From: Candidatus Bathyarchaeia archaeon
GTDB taxonomy: Archaea; Thermoproteota; Bathyarchaeia; 40CM-2-53-6
Reading direction: 5' to 3'
Assembly: GCA_049513715.1 (NCBI GenBank)
Contig: JBEKVV010000001.1
Span: 736,001 to 800,000 of the forward strand
Length of the DNA: 64,000 nt
Positions within the stretch are counted from its first letter, which is position 1. Each line of letters starts with the position of its first letter. The notes under the pieces are model-generated. The model saw nothing but the letters and a program-made list of their open reading frames with translations, was not told the DNA's origin and did no database searches. The translations under genes and the position numbers were made by a program. Below, one piece after another: positions 37,841-48,580 of the stretch.

Positions 37841-38773
37841 TTGCCGATTAAAGTACTCGTTTGCGACCCAATCCACCCTGACGGGGTGGCGATGTTGAAG
37901 AAGGCCGGTTTCGAAGTTGAAGAGAACAAGACTCTGACCCCTGAGCAACTCGAAAAGCGTATCGCTGAGTTCGATGGCGTCGTTGTTCGAGGCCGAACCA
38001 AGATCACTGCATCAATCATCAACGCCGGCAGCAAGCTTCGGGCAGTTGCAAGATCAGGCGTGGGCCTTGACAATATCGATTTGGAAGCTGCCCGGAAGAA
38101 GTCGGTTAAAGTCATCTCGACCCCAGCAGCACCCACAACCAGCGTCGCCGAGCTAGCGATAGGCCTCATGCTATCCGTTCTGAGAAGAGTGTCGTACGCG
38201 GACAGCGCAATGAAAGGCGGAAAATGGGTAAAAACCGAACTGATGGGTACAGAGTTGAAATCCAAAACAATCGGCGTCATAGGCGCAGCCGGACGAATTG
38301 GCTTAGAAGTAGCCCGGATAGCCGTCCAAGGGTTCGGTGCCAAAGTCATCGGTTACGATGTTGTCGAGTACGCCGACAAAGCGAAGCAAGTAGGTTTCCG
38401 CACGGTCGACAAACTTACAGACCTTCTCAAAGAATCAGACATAGTCTCAATCCACGTACCATACATGCCCGCCACGAAACACCTCATCGACGAGAAGACG
38501 ATGGCCGGCATGAAGAACGGAGCAATCCTGGTGAACACGTCACGGGGTGATATTGTCGACGGTGAAGCGCTCCTACGAGCCCTCAAGTCAGGGAAGCTAG
38601 CAGCCGCAGGCCTAGACGTATTCCACAAGGAACCCCCAGTCGATGAGTGGGAAAAAGAGCTCAGCAAACTGGCAAACACTGTATGCACCCCACACATAGG
38701 CGCTCAAACAAGCGAGTGCCAACGCCTTGAGAGCACTCAGGTGGCGGAACAACTAATCGCCGCCTTGAAGTGA
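37841..38773 (+). CDS. D-2-hydroxyacid / 3-phosphoglycerate dehydrogenase
   Basis: RSGVGLDNID, NTSRG, LDVF..EP, TPHIGA; no ACT domain. Confidence 0.9.
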   Translation: MPIKVLVCDPIHPDGVAMLKKAGFEVEENKTLTPEQLEKRIAEFDGVVVRGRTKITASIINAGSKLRAVARSGVGLDNIDLEAARKKSVKVISTPAAPTTSVAELAIGLMLSVLRRVSYADSAMKGGKWVKTELMGTELKSKTIGVIGAAGRIGLEVARIAVQGFGAKVIGYDVVEYADKAKQVGFRTVDKLTDLLKESDIVSIHVPYMPATKHLIDEKTMAGMKNGAILVNTSRGDIVDGEALLRALKSGKLAAAGLDVFHKEPPVDEWEKELSKLANTVCTPHIGAQTSECQRLESTQVAEQLIAALK

Positions 38774-38786
38774 CGAGTGAGTGGAA

Positions 38787-39110
38787 ATGAGTATCACCTT
38801 CCAAGATTTCGAGAAACTATCCTTCAAAGTGGGGAAGATCAGCGCGGCAGAGAGAATCCCTGGCATGAAGAAGATCCTGAAGGTTCAGGTGGATTTAGGC
38901 GATAATGTAGCCCAAGCAATAGCTGGAGGCGCTGAGTACTACCCGCCTGAAAGTTTCGTTGGAAAGCGCGTTGTCGTCCTCACGAACATGGAAGCCAAGA
39001 CGATTGCAGGCATCAGATCAGAGGTCATGCTGCTCGCCGCGGATGTGCAGGGCAAACCGGTTTGGATTACGGTGGAGGGAGATGTTCCGCCAGGTACGAA
39101 GGTTCGCTAG
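38787..39110 (+). CDS. tRNA-binding OB-fold protein (Trbp111/CsaA family)
   Basis: ITFQDF....KVG, N.....IAG..SE.M.L, PGTKV. Confidence 0.88.
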   Translation: MSITFQDFEKLSFKVGKISAAERIPGMKKILKVQVDLGDNVAQAIAGGAEYYPPESFVGKRVVVLTNMEAKTIAGIRSEVMLLAADVQGKPVWITVEGDVPPGTKVR

Positions 39111-39215
39111 CCCATGCAAAGATTCCATGCACGCCACTGGTTTGTAATCTCCGTACTCTATGAACTAAGGAATCATATTCTACTTGCTGGTTCAAGACCA
39201 TAGGATGATTAGATT

Positions 39216-40427
39216 TTGGATTTCAGACTTACCCCCGAACAAGAGCTCTTTAAGAAAACCGTAAGAGCGTTCGCCGAGGAGAAATTATTCCCTCGGTCTA
39301 GAGACATAGATGAGAAAGCCGCAGGCATCCCTGAGGACATTGTCAAAGAAATGGTTGAGCTAGGAATTTTCGGTATCACAATACCTGAAGAATACGGAGG
39401 CTCAGCCAGCCCAGGCGAAGAGATGGTCTATGCCACACTCGCGGTTCACGAGATTGCCCGAGGTGAACTATCGATGTCTCTGCCAGTCTATACGTTACTC
39501 AACCTCGGCTGGAGCCGCCTCATCGCTAAACACGGCTCCGAAGAACTGAAGAAAGAACTGCTTCCGAACGTCGCCTCCGGAAAATGGTTCATTGGAATCT
39601 GCACAACAGAAGCAGGAGGTGGCTCGGACTTGGCGAACGTCAAGACGACCGCCAAGAAAGCGGGCAACGAATACGTGATCAATGGAGAGAAGACGTACAT
39701 TAGTGGCGTCGTCGAGGCAACCAAAATGGGAGGGGGACACCTCACCCTGTTTCGAACAGCCCCTGAACTTGGCAACAAGGGCATGACATTCGCCTACGTC
39801 CCCGCCAAGCTTCCAGGCATGTCGTACACTGTATTCCATGACATGGGCCGTATGGGGCTCTCCACAGGTGGCTTCACATACAAGGACGTGAAGATTCCAA
39901 CAAAGTACGTTTTGGGCCAAGAGAACAAGGGATTCTACGTGAACATGGAAGGCTTCAACGTAGCCCGAACCCTCGTTGCAAGCGCATGCCTCGGTGGAGC
40001 CGAGAAGTGCCTCGAACTTGGAGCGGACTATGTGAAACGCCGCGTGCTTTTCGGACGACCACTTGCGAAGTTCGAAGGGATCTCATTCGAGATAGCCGAA
40101 GATCTTGCGGAACTCGAGATGCTCAAGAGCTTCCTTGTGAGAGGAGCTTGGATGCTTGACCAACACTACAAGGATGGAAGCTTCAGCAACAAGGAGATCA
40201 ACCAAGCAATCGCCATATGCAAGTTGAGAGCGCCTTTGATGAGCCTTGACATTGTGAAACATGCGATGATGTACCACGGAGCTCTTGGCTACAGCAAAGA
40301 AAGCCCATTAGAGATGTGCATGCGGGGGCTCATGTCCTACGTCGTCGGAGCGGAAGGAGGAGCCAACATAATGAAAATAATAATCGCCAGAGAACTCATG
40401 GGAGACGTAGCAATCCCGTACAAGTAG
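39216..40427 (+). CDS. Acyl-CoA dehydrogenase
   Basis: MDF.LT.EQ, PEEYGG, TE..GGSD, INGEK.YIS, R..FG.PL, GY..E, EGG. Confidence 0.95.
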   Translation: MDFRLTPEQELFKKTVRAFAEEKLFPRSRDIDEKAAGIPEDIVKEMVELGIFGITIPEEYGGSASPGEEMVYATLAVHEIARGELSMSLPVYTLLNLGWSRLIAKHGSEELKKELLPNVASGKWFIGICTTEAGGGSDLANVKTTAKKAGNEYVINGEKTYISGVVEATKMGGGHLTLFRTAPELGNKGMTFAYVPAKLPGMSYTVFHDMGRMGLSTGGFTYKDVKIPTKYVLGQENKGFYVNMEGFNVARTLVASACLGGAEKCLELGADYVKRRVLFGRPLAKFEGISFEIAEDLAELEMLKSFLVRGAWMLDQHYKDGSFSNKEINQAIAICKLRAPLMSLDIVKHAMMYHGALGYSKESPLEMCMRGLMSYVVGAEGGANIMKIIIARELMGDVAIPYK

Positions 40428-40501
40428 CTCAAAACGAGACTCTCTTTCGCGGAATCGGAGATGAATAGCGAATAGGCGCATAGCCGACCTGGGGATCGCA
40501 C

Positions 40502-41791
40502 GTGGAAAGAGTTGACGTCGCTGTTGTAGGGGCAGGACTAGCCGGCTTATCCTGCGCTTACACTTTGGCGAAAGCAGGCCTAGATGTTCTGGTTGTTGAG
40601 CGAGGCGACTATCCGGGCAGCAAGAATGTCACGGGGGGCAGGTTATACATGAACCCTGTCCGACAGTATCTTCCTGGGATTTGGCAGGACGCACCCTTTG
40701 AGCGGCACGTCACCAAAGAACGGTTGTCTATGTTGTCTGATGACACTGCAATTACGATGGAGCTGAGGCCAGAGGCGTACAACAAGGAGCCGTATCACAG
40801 CTATACACTCCTCCGACCTACCTTCGACAAGTGGCTCGCAGACAAGGCGACAGCGTCAGGTGCAGCCATAGTTTCAAAGTACAAAGTCGAGGGTCTAATG
40901 CGCGAGGGCGGCAAGGTCGCAGGGATCAAGGCTGAGGGCGAAGATATTGCTGCCAACGTAGTGGTCGCCGCAGATGGAGCCATGTCATTCACTGCTCAAG
41001 AAGCCGGACTTCGATCCAGACACAACCCGGAGCACTTCGCCGTAGGAGTCAAGGAAACCATCGAATTGCCAAGGAAGGTGCTGGAAGACAGGTTCAACCT
41101 GCGCGGCGAAGAGGGAGCAGCCCAGCTTTACTTCGGGAGTGTTACGAAGGGCATGACGGGTGGAGGGTTTCTCTACACGAACCGAGAGAGTATCTCGCTC
41201 GGAATCGTAGTCAGTATCGGGGCCCTGATGGCGAACCCAGCACAGCCTGAGACATTTCAGTTGATGGAGGAGTTTAAGCATCGGCCGGAAGTTTCAGCGC
41301 TCATCGAGGGCGGAGAGACAGTCGAATACTCGGCTCACACAATTCCCGAAGGGGGCATCGAATCTGTACCCACCCTGTACTCGGATGGGATCCTCGTTGT
41401 CGGTGATGCGGCCGGGTTCGCGTTGAACATGGGAATGATTGTGAGAGGCATGGACCTGGCTATTGCGTCAGGAGCGATGGCGGCTGAAACAATTAAGACA
41501 GCCAAGGCCGGAAACGATTTTTCCGCAGCGTCTTTGGCTTCTTACGAGGCGAGGCTGAACAACTCTTTCGTATTGAAAGACCTACGAACCTTCAAGAATG
41601 TTTGGAAAGTGCTGAACAACCCAAGGCTCTTCGATAAATACCCTCGCCTGGTTGCTTCACTCTTCACGGAGCTTATGCACATTGGGCCTGAACCCAAACC
41701 GAAATTTTCAACAACCGTTCTGCAGCAGGTCAGAAAGAACTTTCTTAATCTGACAACTTTGAAGGACATGCTGGGTCTACTCAAAATATAG
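40502..41791 (+). CDS. fixC: FixC-like ETF:quinone oxidoreductase flavoprotein
   Basis: ERG.YPGSKN.TGG, EYSAH.IPEGG, VGDAAG, RGMDLAI.SG. Confidence 0.92.
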   Translation: MERVDVAVVGAGLAGLSCAYTLAKAGLDVLVVERGDYPGSKNVTGGRLYMNPVRQYLPGIWQDAPFERHVTKERLSMLSDDTAITMELRPEAYNKEPYHSYTLLRPTFDKWLADKATASGAAIVSKYKVEGLMREGGKVAGIKAEGEDIAANVVVAADGAMSFTAQEAGLRSRHNPEHFAVGVKETIELPRKVLEDRFNLRGEEGAAQLYFGSVTKGMTGGGFLYTNRESISLGIVVSIGALMANPAQPETFQLMEEFKHRPEVSALIEGGETVEYSAHTIPEGGIESVPTLYSDGILVVGDAAGFALNMGMIVRGMDLAIASGAMAAETIKTAKAGNDFSAASLASYEARLNNSFVLKDLRTFKNVWKVLNNPRLFDKYPRLVASLFTELMHIGPEPKPKFSTTVLQQVRKNFLNLTTLKDMLGLLKI

Positions 41792-42079
41792 ATGGCTTGG
41801 GCGTTGAAAGTAGAAGAAAAGCTTGGGAAGAACGTTTTCAAAGTCGACAAAGAAGGCCATATCAAAATAAACAGAGAAGTGTGTCGCTCCAAATGCCAGC
41901 CCAAGTACTGCCTCCATGTCTGCCCAGCAAAAGTTTACTCGCTCGATAAACAAGGTGACATACTGCCAAACCCAGACGGTTGCCTGGAATGTGGGGCGTG
42001 CGTGATCGCATGCCTCGAAGAGGCTCTAAGTTGGCACTACCCGAAGGCAGGGTATGGGGTTCAGTATCGGTTCAGCTGA
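41792..42079 (+). CDS. fixX: FixX-like ferredoxin
   Basis: HI, C..VCPA.VY, CLECG.C, W.YP..G.GV.Y. Confidence 0.92.
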   Translation: MAWALKVEEKLGKNVFKVDKEGHIKINREVCRSKCQPKYCLHVCPAKVYSLDKQGDILPNPDGCLECGACVIACLEEALSWHYPKAGYGVQYRFS

Positions 42080-42102
42080 AAAGAAAAATGAGGTGAAATG
42101 AA

Positions 42103-42888
42103 TTGCACGTCATAGCTTGCATGAAACAGACCGTTGACCTCCAACAGATCAGAATCAAACGGGACACTCGCGAGGCTGTTCTCGAAGGTTTGCCGCTTGT
42201 CTTCGGTGACATGGACAAGAACGCACTGGAGGAAGCTGTTCGCATGAAGGAAAAGCATGGAGCTAAGGTAACCGTCCTCTCTGTCGGAACCTCGAAACTC
42301 AAAGAGGGCATTCTTGAAGCCCTGGCGATGGGTGCTGACGAAGCATGCATAGTCGTGGATCCCGCATGTGAAGGCTCTGAGCCCAATTCCTCTGCGTTGA
42401 CACTCGGCGAAGCGGTCAAGAAGATTGGGGCATACGATGTCATACTCGTTGGGGAAGGTTCCGCCGACAACTACTCAGGCCAAATAGGATCTAGACTCGC
42501 TGAGATTTTGAATGTTCCATTAATCACCTACGTTAGGGAACTCTCGATAGATTCGAGCACAGTCACTGCCACCAGAGACCTGGAAGGTGCACTCGAGCTG
42601 GTCAAAGCAAAGACGCCACTGGTCATCTCAGTTACGAGTGAAATCAACAAGCCAAGAAGAGCACCACTGACACAAATACTCAGAGCCTCACGGAAACCGG
42701 TGAACCTGTGGACGCTGAAAGACATCGGGCTCGATTCCAGTGCAGTAAAGTCAGCGTCCTCCGCAATCCAAGTCATCAGCAACCTCGCACCAGAACAAGA
42801 GCGCAAAGGCATAATCTTCGAGGGAGAACTGGAGGACTCGGTAGAGAAACTTGTGAACGCCCTAAAGAAGGAGGGAGCCCTGCCATGA
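42103..42888 (+). CDS. etfB: Electron transfer flavoprotein beta subunit
   Basis: CMKQ, D.NALEEA, ALAMGAD, G..S.D..SGQ, N.PR. Confidence 0.93.
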   Translation: MHVIACMKQTVDLQQIRIKRDTREAVLEGLPLVFGDMDKNALEEAVRMKEKHGAKVTVLSVGTSKLKEGILEALAMGADEACIVVDPACEGSEPNSSALTLGEAVKKIGAYDVILVGEGSADNYSGQIGSRLAEILNVPLITYVRELSIDSSTVTATRDLEGALELVKAKTPLVISVTSEINKPRRAPLTQILRASRKPVNLWTLKDIGLDSSAVKSASSAIQVISNLAPEQERKGIIFEGELEDSVEKLVNALKKEGALP

Positions 42889-43835
42889 GCGGCGGAATCA
42901 TCATCTTTTCCGAAACTGATCAAGGAGCGTTCGAGCTCCTCACAAAAGGCCGCGAACTCTCGAAGGTGCTCAACATGGAACTCTTAGCACTCACCATTGG
43001 AAGGAAAGCTGAGAACCTGAAGCCCTATCTTGAGTATGGAGCGCAGAGGGTGCTGCTAATCCCGCACGATGGAGTTTTGGACACGGACGCCTACACTCAA
43101 ATGCTATATGAAGTAGCCAAGGACGACGGCCCAGATATTGTGCTAATTAGGTCCACGCGCGCAGGTAAGGAATTAGCCGGCCGAGTGGCACAGAAACTCC
43201 AAGCCGGATGCGTAACGGACGCACTCAACCTAACCGCCAAGAACTCAGACCTAGTGGTCGACAGATACGCGCTTGGTGGGAATACTATTTCCTCAGAAGT
43301 CATCAGGACCAAAAAGAAAGTGATTTCAGTGATGCCCGGAGCCTTCGAGGCTCAAAAGGCACCAGCGCAAGGCAAGATTGAGACATTGAGTATTGCACCC
43401 CCACCGAGACGTGTGGAATTGGTCGAACGCAAAAAGAAAGAGAGTGAATCAGTCAACATAGAATCGGCCGAAGCTCTAGTCTGCGTCGGGAAGGGCCTCT
43501 CGGCCAAGGAGGACCTCGCAATAGTTAGGGACCTCTGTGCCGCCTTGAAAGCAGAACTGGGATGTACTCGGACCCTCTCCGCCGACTACCACTGGCTCTC
43601 TGAGGACAGAATGGTGGGAATCTCAGGCAAGAGGTGCAAACCGAAACTTCACGTCTCAATCGGCATCTCTGGCCAAATCCAGCACACCGTAGGAATAATG
43701 AGCTCCAAGCTAATCATCGCGATAAACAAGGACAAAGAGGCACCAATATTCAAGATGGCAGACTACGGAATAGTCGGAGACCTCTACCAAGTCGTTCCAA
43801 AGCTCGTTCAGAAAATTCAAACACGCGGAAGTTAG
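42885..43835 (+). CDS. etfA: Electron transfer flavoprotein alpha subunit
   Basis: VGISG, GISGQIQH.VG, AINKD.EAPIF..ADYGIVGDL; ATG overlaps the etfB stop. Confidence 0.93.
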   Translation: MSGGIIIFSETDQGAFELLTKGRELSKVLNMELLALTIGRKAENLKPYLEYGAQRVLLIPHDGVLDTDAYTQMLYEVAKDDGPDIVLIRSTRAGKELAGRVAQKLQAGCVTDALNLTAKNSDLVVDRYALGGNTISSEVIRTKKKVISVMPGAFEAQKAPAQGKIETLSIAPPPRRVELVERKKKESESVNIESAEALVCVGKGLSAKEDLAIVRDLCAALKAELGCTRTLSADYHWLSEDRMVGISGKRCKPKLHVSIGISGQIQHTVGIMSSKLIIAINKDKEAPIFKMADYGIVGDLYQVVPKLVQKIQTRGS

Positions 43836-43979
43836 ACTTCAGTCGAACATTATGCGAGCCCGCGAAATACTTGGAAAGAGTAGCGCAGCTCACCGCTGAA
43901 ATCAGGACTTTGAACTTTAAATAGCAAGCATCTGTTTGGTTCGACTAACCCATACGAATGAGACGAGCAGTGCTGAATA

Positions 43980-44906
43980 TTGCGCCCTACAGCAATCATA
44001 ATCTTACTAATGGTGATCGGTTCTGTTTTCGTGGCCCCCGCGCACGCTTCCGCCATAACATTCGACGTTGGAAAAGACCACGTGCAAGTGAAGATGGCTC
44101 TTTCACTTCATCAGAACATGACCACTCTCCCCCATCAGAGAAGCACAATAACGCTCAGCCAAGACTCGAACATGACCACCTCGTTCACACAGGCTCTTGC
44201 GAAACTCGAACCTACCGCAACACCGTCCGATGCAACTTTGAACATCGTCTCAACAAATAACTTGCTGAACCTCACGCTCACCGTCGACGTTGCGGGGATA
44301 ATTGACCAACATGGCGACGTGGCAGTTGTGAATATGACGTGGAAATCTTTCCAAGTTACCACGGATCTTCGAGACGGCAATTTGAGCTATAATGCGGTGG
44401 GCAACCGGTACTTCCGGCCGCTTGTCGAATTCTACGCAAACGCCACCAAGTTCGAGAACACCCCGAACGCCACAATCAGGGCAGTGAATTTCTTCGTCAA
44501 CGGAACCGAAGCCGTTTCAGGAAGCGTCGCCGAGAACGCCGTAGGAAACTTCACTCTTCTCGACTTCAGGCCACTAAATCTCCCCATCGACCAATGGACA
44601 CGGACTTACAATCTGTCAAACAACACGACAAATTGGACCTACATCCCCGTCACAACTTTCGGTGCCGCTGTAACCGCTCAGCAGAATAACCAGACAGTAA
44701 AGTTCTCTTCAGACTACTCTTACGATGCTGAGGTAACCGTTCCGGGATTAGCTCGTGCGTCGGGAAACAATCTTCTCATCGACATCGGATCTGGTGGGAA
44801 AGAGTGGGTTATGGCAGGGATAGTGGTTCTGGCTTTAGCTCTCGGAGTAATCGTTCAAATATTGTACAGGTCTAGGCGAAAGGCCATTAGATTAGGGCAC
44901 AAGTAA
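43980..44906 (+). CDS. Secreted/surface protein with C-terminal membrane anchor
   Basis: Signal peptide (AHA), Thr/Asn-rich with many N-x-T sequons, C-terminal helix plus RSRRK. Confidence 0.75.
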   Translation: MRPTAIIILLMVIGSVFVAPAHASAITFDVGKDHVQVKMALSLHQNMTTLPHQRSTITLSQDSNMTTSFTQALAKLEPTATPSDATLNIVSTNNLLNLTLTVDVAGIIDQHGDVAVVNMTWKSFQVTTDLRDGNLSYNAVGNRYFRPLVEFYANATKFENTPNATIRAVNFFVNGTEAVSGSVAENAVGNFTLLDFRPLNLPIDQWTRTYNLSNNTTNWTYIPVTTFGAAVTAQQNNQTVKFSSDYSYDAEVTVPGLARASGNNLLIDIGSGGKEWVMAGIVVLALALGVIVQILYRSRRKAIRLGHK

Positions 44907-44907
44907 C

Positions 44908-45432
44908 CTACCCGCGGACCCGTTCCTTCGCAACTCGCTCCAGATCAGGAATGTCAAAAACTCCTTTGAAGTGTTCCTTCAGGACGCCTATGTAGAGAGA
45001 GACTTCGTCATCAGTCATGTACTGGAACATGTAATCCCCTTTGTACGGGGACGGTTCACCTTCTCGCGAGATGTACTCAATATGCATCAACTGGTCGCCT
45101 CGCTTAATCGTAATGGAACGCCGGTCGTTGCTCAAATTGACCAATTCCAAAATCAGGCGCCCAACGAAACCACTATGAACTTTCGCGGCGTTCAAGAACG
45201 AGAGCCCCATTCGTCCATACTTACTCTTAGCGGTCAAATGGGACACGAAATTTGGTGGGGTGAAAACCACTTCGTAGGAGATGAGGTTCTTGTGTTCTAG
45301 GTAGTGTAATGTTGTTTCGTCTCGGACGGTGAGCACGTACCCATCGCCGTCGAGTAGCCCGTAATCGAACGGGTAGATGCACTTGTAAGCTTGAATCAGC
45401 TTCGTAAGTTGCTCTTTGCCGGCTACACCCAT
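44908..45432 (-). CDS. dCTP deaminase/dUTPase family protein
   Basis: KS.YGR.G, SGF.G.L.LEL.N, PY.G.Y..Q. Confidence 0.8.
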   Translation of the reverse strand: MGVAGKEQLTKLIQAYKCIYPFDYGLLDGDGYVLTVRDETTLHYLEHKNLISYEVVFTPPNFVSHLTAKSKYGRMGLSFLNAAKVHSGFVGRLILELVNLSNDRRSITIKRGDQLMHIEYISREGEPSPYKGDYMFQYMTDDEVSLYIGVLKEHFKGVFDIPDLERVAKERVRG

Positions 45433-45485
45433 CGCTGCTCCCCGCACTCCCTGCACTGCAATGACTATTTTTACGTTAGCATTCT

Positions 45486-45989
45486 CTACGAATTGGAAGT
45501 CGCGGTCAATGTCGCAGCGAGCGAGCTGGAACCCTCTAGCTGGTCCTTATGGCCGCTTATGACCAAAGTAATCGACGAGCCACCGCCGACCCTCACGACA
45601 AAATCAATGTTCGCCTGCAAGGGAGGGGACTCTACCAGAAGGTTTGTAGAAGTCTTGTTGTACACCCAAGTTACGTTTACAACGTTCAGCCTAATCCCAT
45701 CGTAGCTCGCCAGCGAGAGGTCCCCCTTACCCAAGGTTGCGGTTTGGTCCTGGAGGTTCACCAAATCAAGCGCTTGCGATTGATTCGCGATTAGCTTCCA
45801 TCCCTCCACATCCGATTGCCCAGATTGGTGCGCCCAGACCTCCTTTACCACAAAGTACACATGGTCTGCATTTTCGAATTTCATCGATTTCAAATAAACC
45901 GTGACTGTTCCCGTTGAGACAGCCGGGTAGACAATTATCAGGACAAGGGCAATGGCCCCCACTACTGAGACGATCTGCTTCGAGTTCAC
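45486..45989 (-). CDS. DUF4382-like exported protein
   Basis: N-terminal helix, HVY....V.AH, W, DL..L, Y..IRL.V pattern. Confidence 0.6.
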   Translation of the reverse strand: MNSKQIVSVVGAIALVLIIVYPAVSTGTVTVYLKSMKFENADHVYFVVKEVWAHQSGQSDVEGWKLIANQSQALDLVNLQDQTATLGKGDLSLASYDGIRLNVVNVTWVYNKTSTNLLVESPPLQANIDFVVRVGGGSSITLVISGHKDQLEGSSSLAATLTATSNS

Positions 45990-46070
45990 TTTAGATCAGC
46001 GCCGCACCTATACCGACCGTTTTCTTATAAGCGTCATGAAACCTTCTGAAAAACCCTTCAGGTCTGGGCT

Positions 46071-46826
46071 TTGAATCTCGATGAATTGACCGCAGGCCTC
46101 CCTAAGACAGAGCTGGTCTATCTAAGAGAAACGACGACCCAAAAAGGCGATAGCAACGTTCTGAGGGTTGTGCCAGAGAAGCGAACCCACGCTTACCTGA
46201 TTCTTGACCGCACGGTCTTTCATCCGAAAGGAGGCGGCCAACCCTCAGACAAAGGAACTATTCACTCAACCGATTGCACGCTCAACATCAAGAAGGCCAT
46301 TTACCATCGAGGCGTCGTCGTTCACTGGGCGAAAATAGCTTCAGGCACACCTAACACAGGGCCCGTTACCTGTGAACTAAACTGGCCATTCAGATATCTC
46401 ATCATGCGACGACACACGGCAGCCCACCTCCTAGACCACTGTCTCTCAAAGACAACCGAAAGCCAAGTGCAAACAACAGACTCGTGGCTTGACGAACCCT
46501 GCTACGTCGGATACGCTGGCGAACCACCGAGCACTTCCGCCCTTCCACGAATGGAGCAACTGGCAAACCAGATGATCTCCGCGGGCGGCAGGGTCAAAAT
46601 CGATTTCCTCACCGGCGAGGCGAGCAAGAAGCTGTTGCTGAATGCGCCGAACTTTGAACGCCTCCCCGACTTGGACGTGGTTCGCACCGTCACAATTGAA
46701 GGCTGCGACCCCATCCCCTGTGGTGGAACACACGTAGCAGACATCAAAGAGATAGTGGGACTCACGGTTGCCCAAGCCGAAGAAATGCCGGATCAGAAGT
46801 TCCGTTTGCACTTCCAAGTGAAATAG
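46071..46826 (+). CDS. AlaX-M type tRNA editing protein
   Basis: LDRTVFHP.GGGQPSD.G, RRHTAAHLL, PCGGTHV. Confidence 0.92.
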   Translation: MNLDELTAGLPKTELVYLRETTTQKGDSNVLRVVPEKRTHAYLILDRTVFHPKGGGQPSDKGTIHSTDCTLNIKKAIYHRGVVVHWAKIASGTPNTGPVTCELNWPFRYLIMRRHTAAHLLDHCLSKTTESQVQTTDSWLDEPCYVGYAGEPPSTSALPRMEQLANQMISAGGRVKIDFLTGEASKKLLLNAPNFERLPDLDVVRTVTIEGCDPIPCGGTHVADIKEIVGLTVAQAEEMPDQKFRLHFQVK

Positions 46827-46858
46827 GCTGATAGGGAAATTGCCGCACCCATTAACTC

Positions 46859-47101
46859 TCACCTGCGGCTTCTCTTGAGCCTGCCAAACCGCTTCAACAC
46901 CTCTCGGGGAGCCCGTTCCACTACCAAGCGTTTCCCTGAAACTCTCACGTAAAGCTTCACTGAGCCTTTCATGAACGGGAAGTTCGAATCCGTGGTTAGC
47001 TTCGTTGGCAGGTATATCCGCGGGGATTCGTAAACCCGCCCGTTTTCCATCCTTTTCTTCGTTACGACGAAACTTGCGACCGCTTCTTTCATTTCTTTCA
47101 C
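46859..47101 (-). CDS. AbrB/MazE-like small DNA-binding protein (putative)
   Basis: RIYLP..L..DS.FPF..G....V...GKRLVV pattern of archaeal swapped-hairpin proteins. Confidence 0.55.
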   Translation of the reverse strand: MKEMKEAVASFVVTKKRMENGRVYESPRIYLPTKLTTDSNFPFMKGSVKLYVRVSGKRLVVERAPREVLKRFGRLKRSRR

Positions 47102-47263
47102 TTCGGGTTCAAATTCAGGTCCTATTTCCGTCGCAAATCACGTTTAGTGGTTACAGCCATCAACACGGCAATTTTCGCGGGCAAAACTTGCATCCTGAGG
47201 CTGCCGTGTGACAATGTTTAAAGAGGAAATGACTCTCCCGGTGAAATTCAACGTGTTAGAAGC

Positions 47264-47695
47264 TTGATACAAGTCAATGTTCTTGTGACCAGCATGTCGG
47301 CTGAGAGATTCTGGGAAATGGACCGGCAACTGCCAGCCCAAGTTCAGATAGGAGTCAACATCAACATGCTGGATATCGATCAGAAGCCTGACGGCACCTT
47401 GGACGCGCCATTCGTTTTCACCGTTAACTATACACCATCCATAGCCCAAATCAGCATCAAAGGCAAGGCCAAAATCACCGGCAGCGCTGAAGATACGAAG
47501 AAGATCGTGGACGAACACAAAGCTCAAAAATCTCCGCCCGTGCAGCTCATTCAGGCCGTTTCGAACGTGGCAATAGCAGACGCGATTCTCATATCGCGAA
47601 GCTTGAACATCCCTCCACCCCTGCCCCCAATTCCTCAGCCGCAGACAGCACCAACCCAACCGGTCAAGCAGGCGGACTCCCGCTACACCGCCTAA
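47264..47695 (+). CDS. Conserved archaeal hypothetical protein
   Basis: AERF, F.FTVNY.P..A.I.IKG, SR.LN.PPP.P motifs. Confidence 0.75.
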   Translation: MIQVNVLVTSMSAERFWEMDRQLPAQVQIGVNINMLDIDQKPDGTLDAPFVFTVNYTPSIAQISIKGKAKITGSAEDTKKIVDEHKAQKSPPVQLIQAVSNVAIADAILISRSLNIPPPLPPIPQPQTAPTQPVKQADSRYTA

Positions 47696-47741
47696 GGTCC
47701 AAAATATTGGAGTGTTATGGGATGGTCCACAAAATTGGACC

Positions 47742-48200
47742 TCAGTTCATTTTCTTCGCAGCCAGATAGTTGTCCCAGTATGAGGCCAAGTCCCTCAATC
47801 GGTTAGCAAACTGGATGCTGAGCTTTGTTGGCTCATTGCGGTATTTCTTCTCGAGAAGGCCGCTCCTCAGCATCGCTTTGTATGTGTCGCTGAGTGTTTG
47901 GGCACTGATCTTGATGCGTTCCGCAACTTTATGGTGAAGATCCATAAGGTAGAGTGGGCGCCTTTCTTCGACCAGAATTTGTATTATCGCCCTGGCGACG
48001 CCCTGCTTCTTGATACTGTGCGGGAACAGGATCGCACAGAAAATATCCAAGTCGACGATCTGGTTTAGTGTTGAGTGCTTGTCAATTTTCGGGAAAACCC
48101 AGACCCAACGCTTCTGTCGCTCGGCATAGTAATCCTCCCTTGGGATTCTGCCAATCTTACTTCTGTCGAGCAGCATGATTTGCTTTGTACGATTCGCCAT
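47742..48200 (-). CDS. Hypothetical protein with probable winged HTH
   Basis: Helical basic ORF; ISAQTLSDTYKAML.SGLLEK resembles a wHTH recognition helix and wing. Confidence 0.6.
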   Translation of the reverse strand: MANRTKQIMLLDRSKIGRIPREDYYAERQKRWVWVFPKIDKHSTLNQIVDLDIFCAILFPHSIKKQGVARAIIQILVEERRPLYLMDLHHKVAERIKISAQTLSDTYKAMLRSGLLEKKYRNEPTKLSIQFANRLRDLASYWDNYLAAKKMN

Positions 48201-48580
48201 TGGAAACCAAGGGCTTCAAACCTACCCGGCAAAGAAAGCGGTTCAGAACACAAAGCGACCTAGAATAAGTCGAGGGAATTCGCGGAATTGGCTCAAACAG
48301 CTCAATTCTGATACTGTTATGGTTAAGGGCATTTTGGGCTCGGTCGCTCAATATCTGATGGATGTTAGAATGTAGGGGGCCGTGCGGCAAAGAATCCCCA
48401 TTTCCCATGCAAGCATTCCAGCGACTGATGAATTCTACAGGATGTAAGAATATGCCGAAAAACCCCAACCTCCAACGCATTCCAAAAACGACAAAGGCAA
48501 GCATTGGGATGAGGAAAAAGTGCTGAGAGATCCCAGGTTCCTGACTGAGACATGGGCCGAGAGATGCGTATAGAACCACA

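Noticed and set aside
42708..42884. N-terminal extension of EtfA given in the ORF track
   Set aside because: It overlaps etfB; the real start is the ATG at 42885, coupled to the etfB stop.
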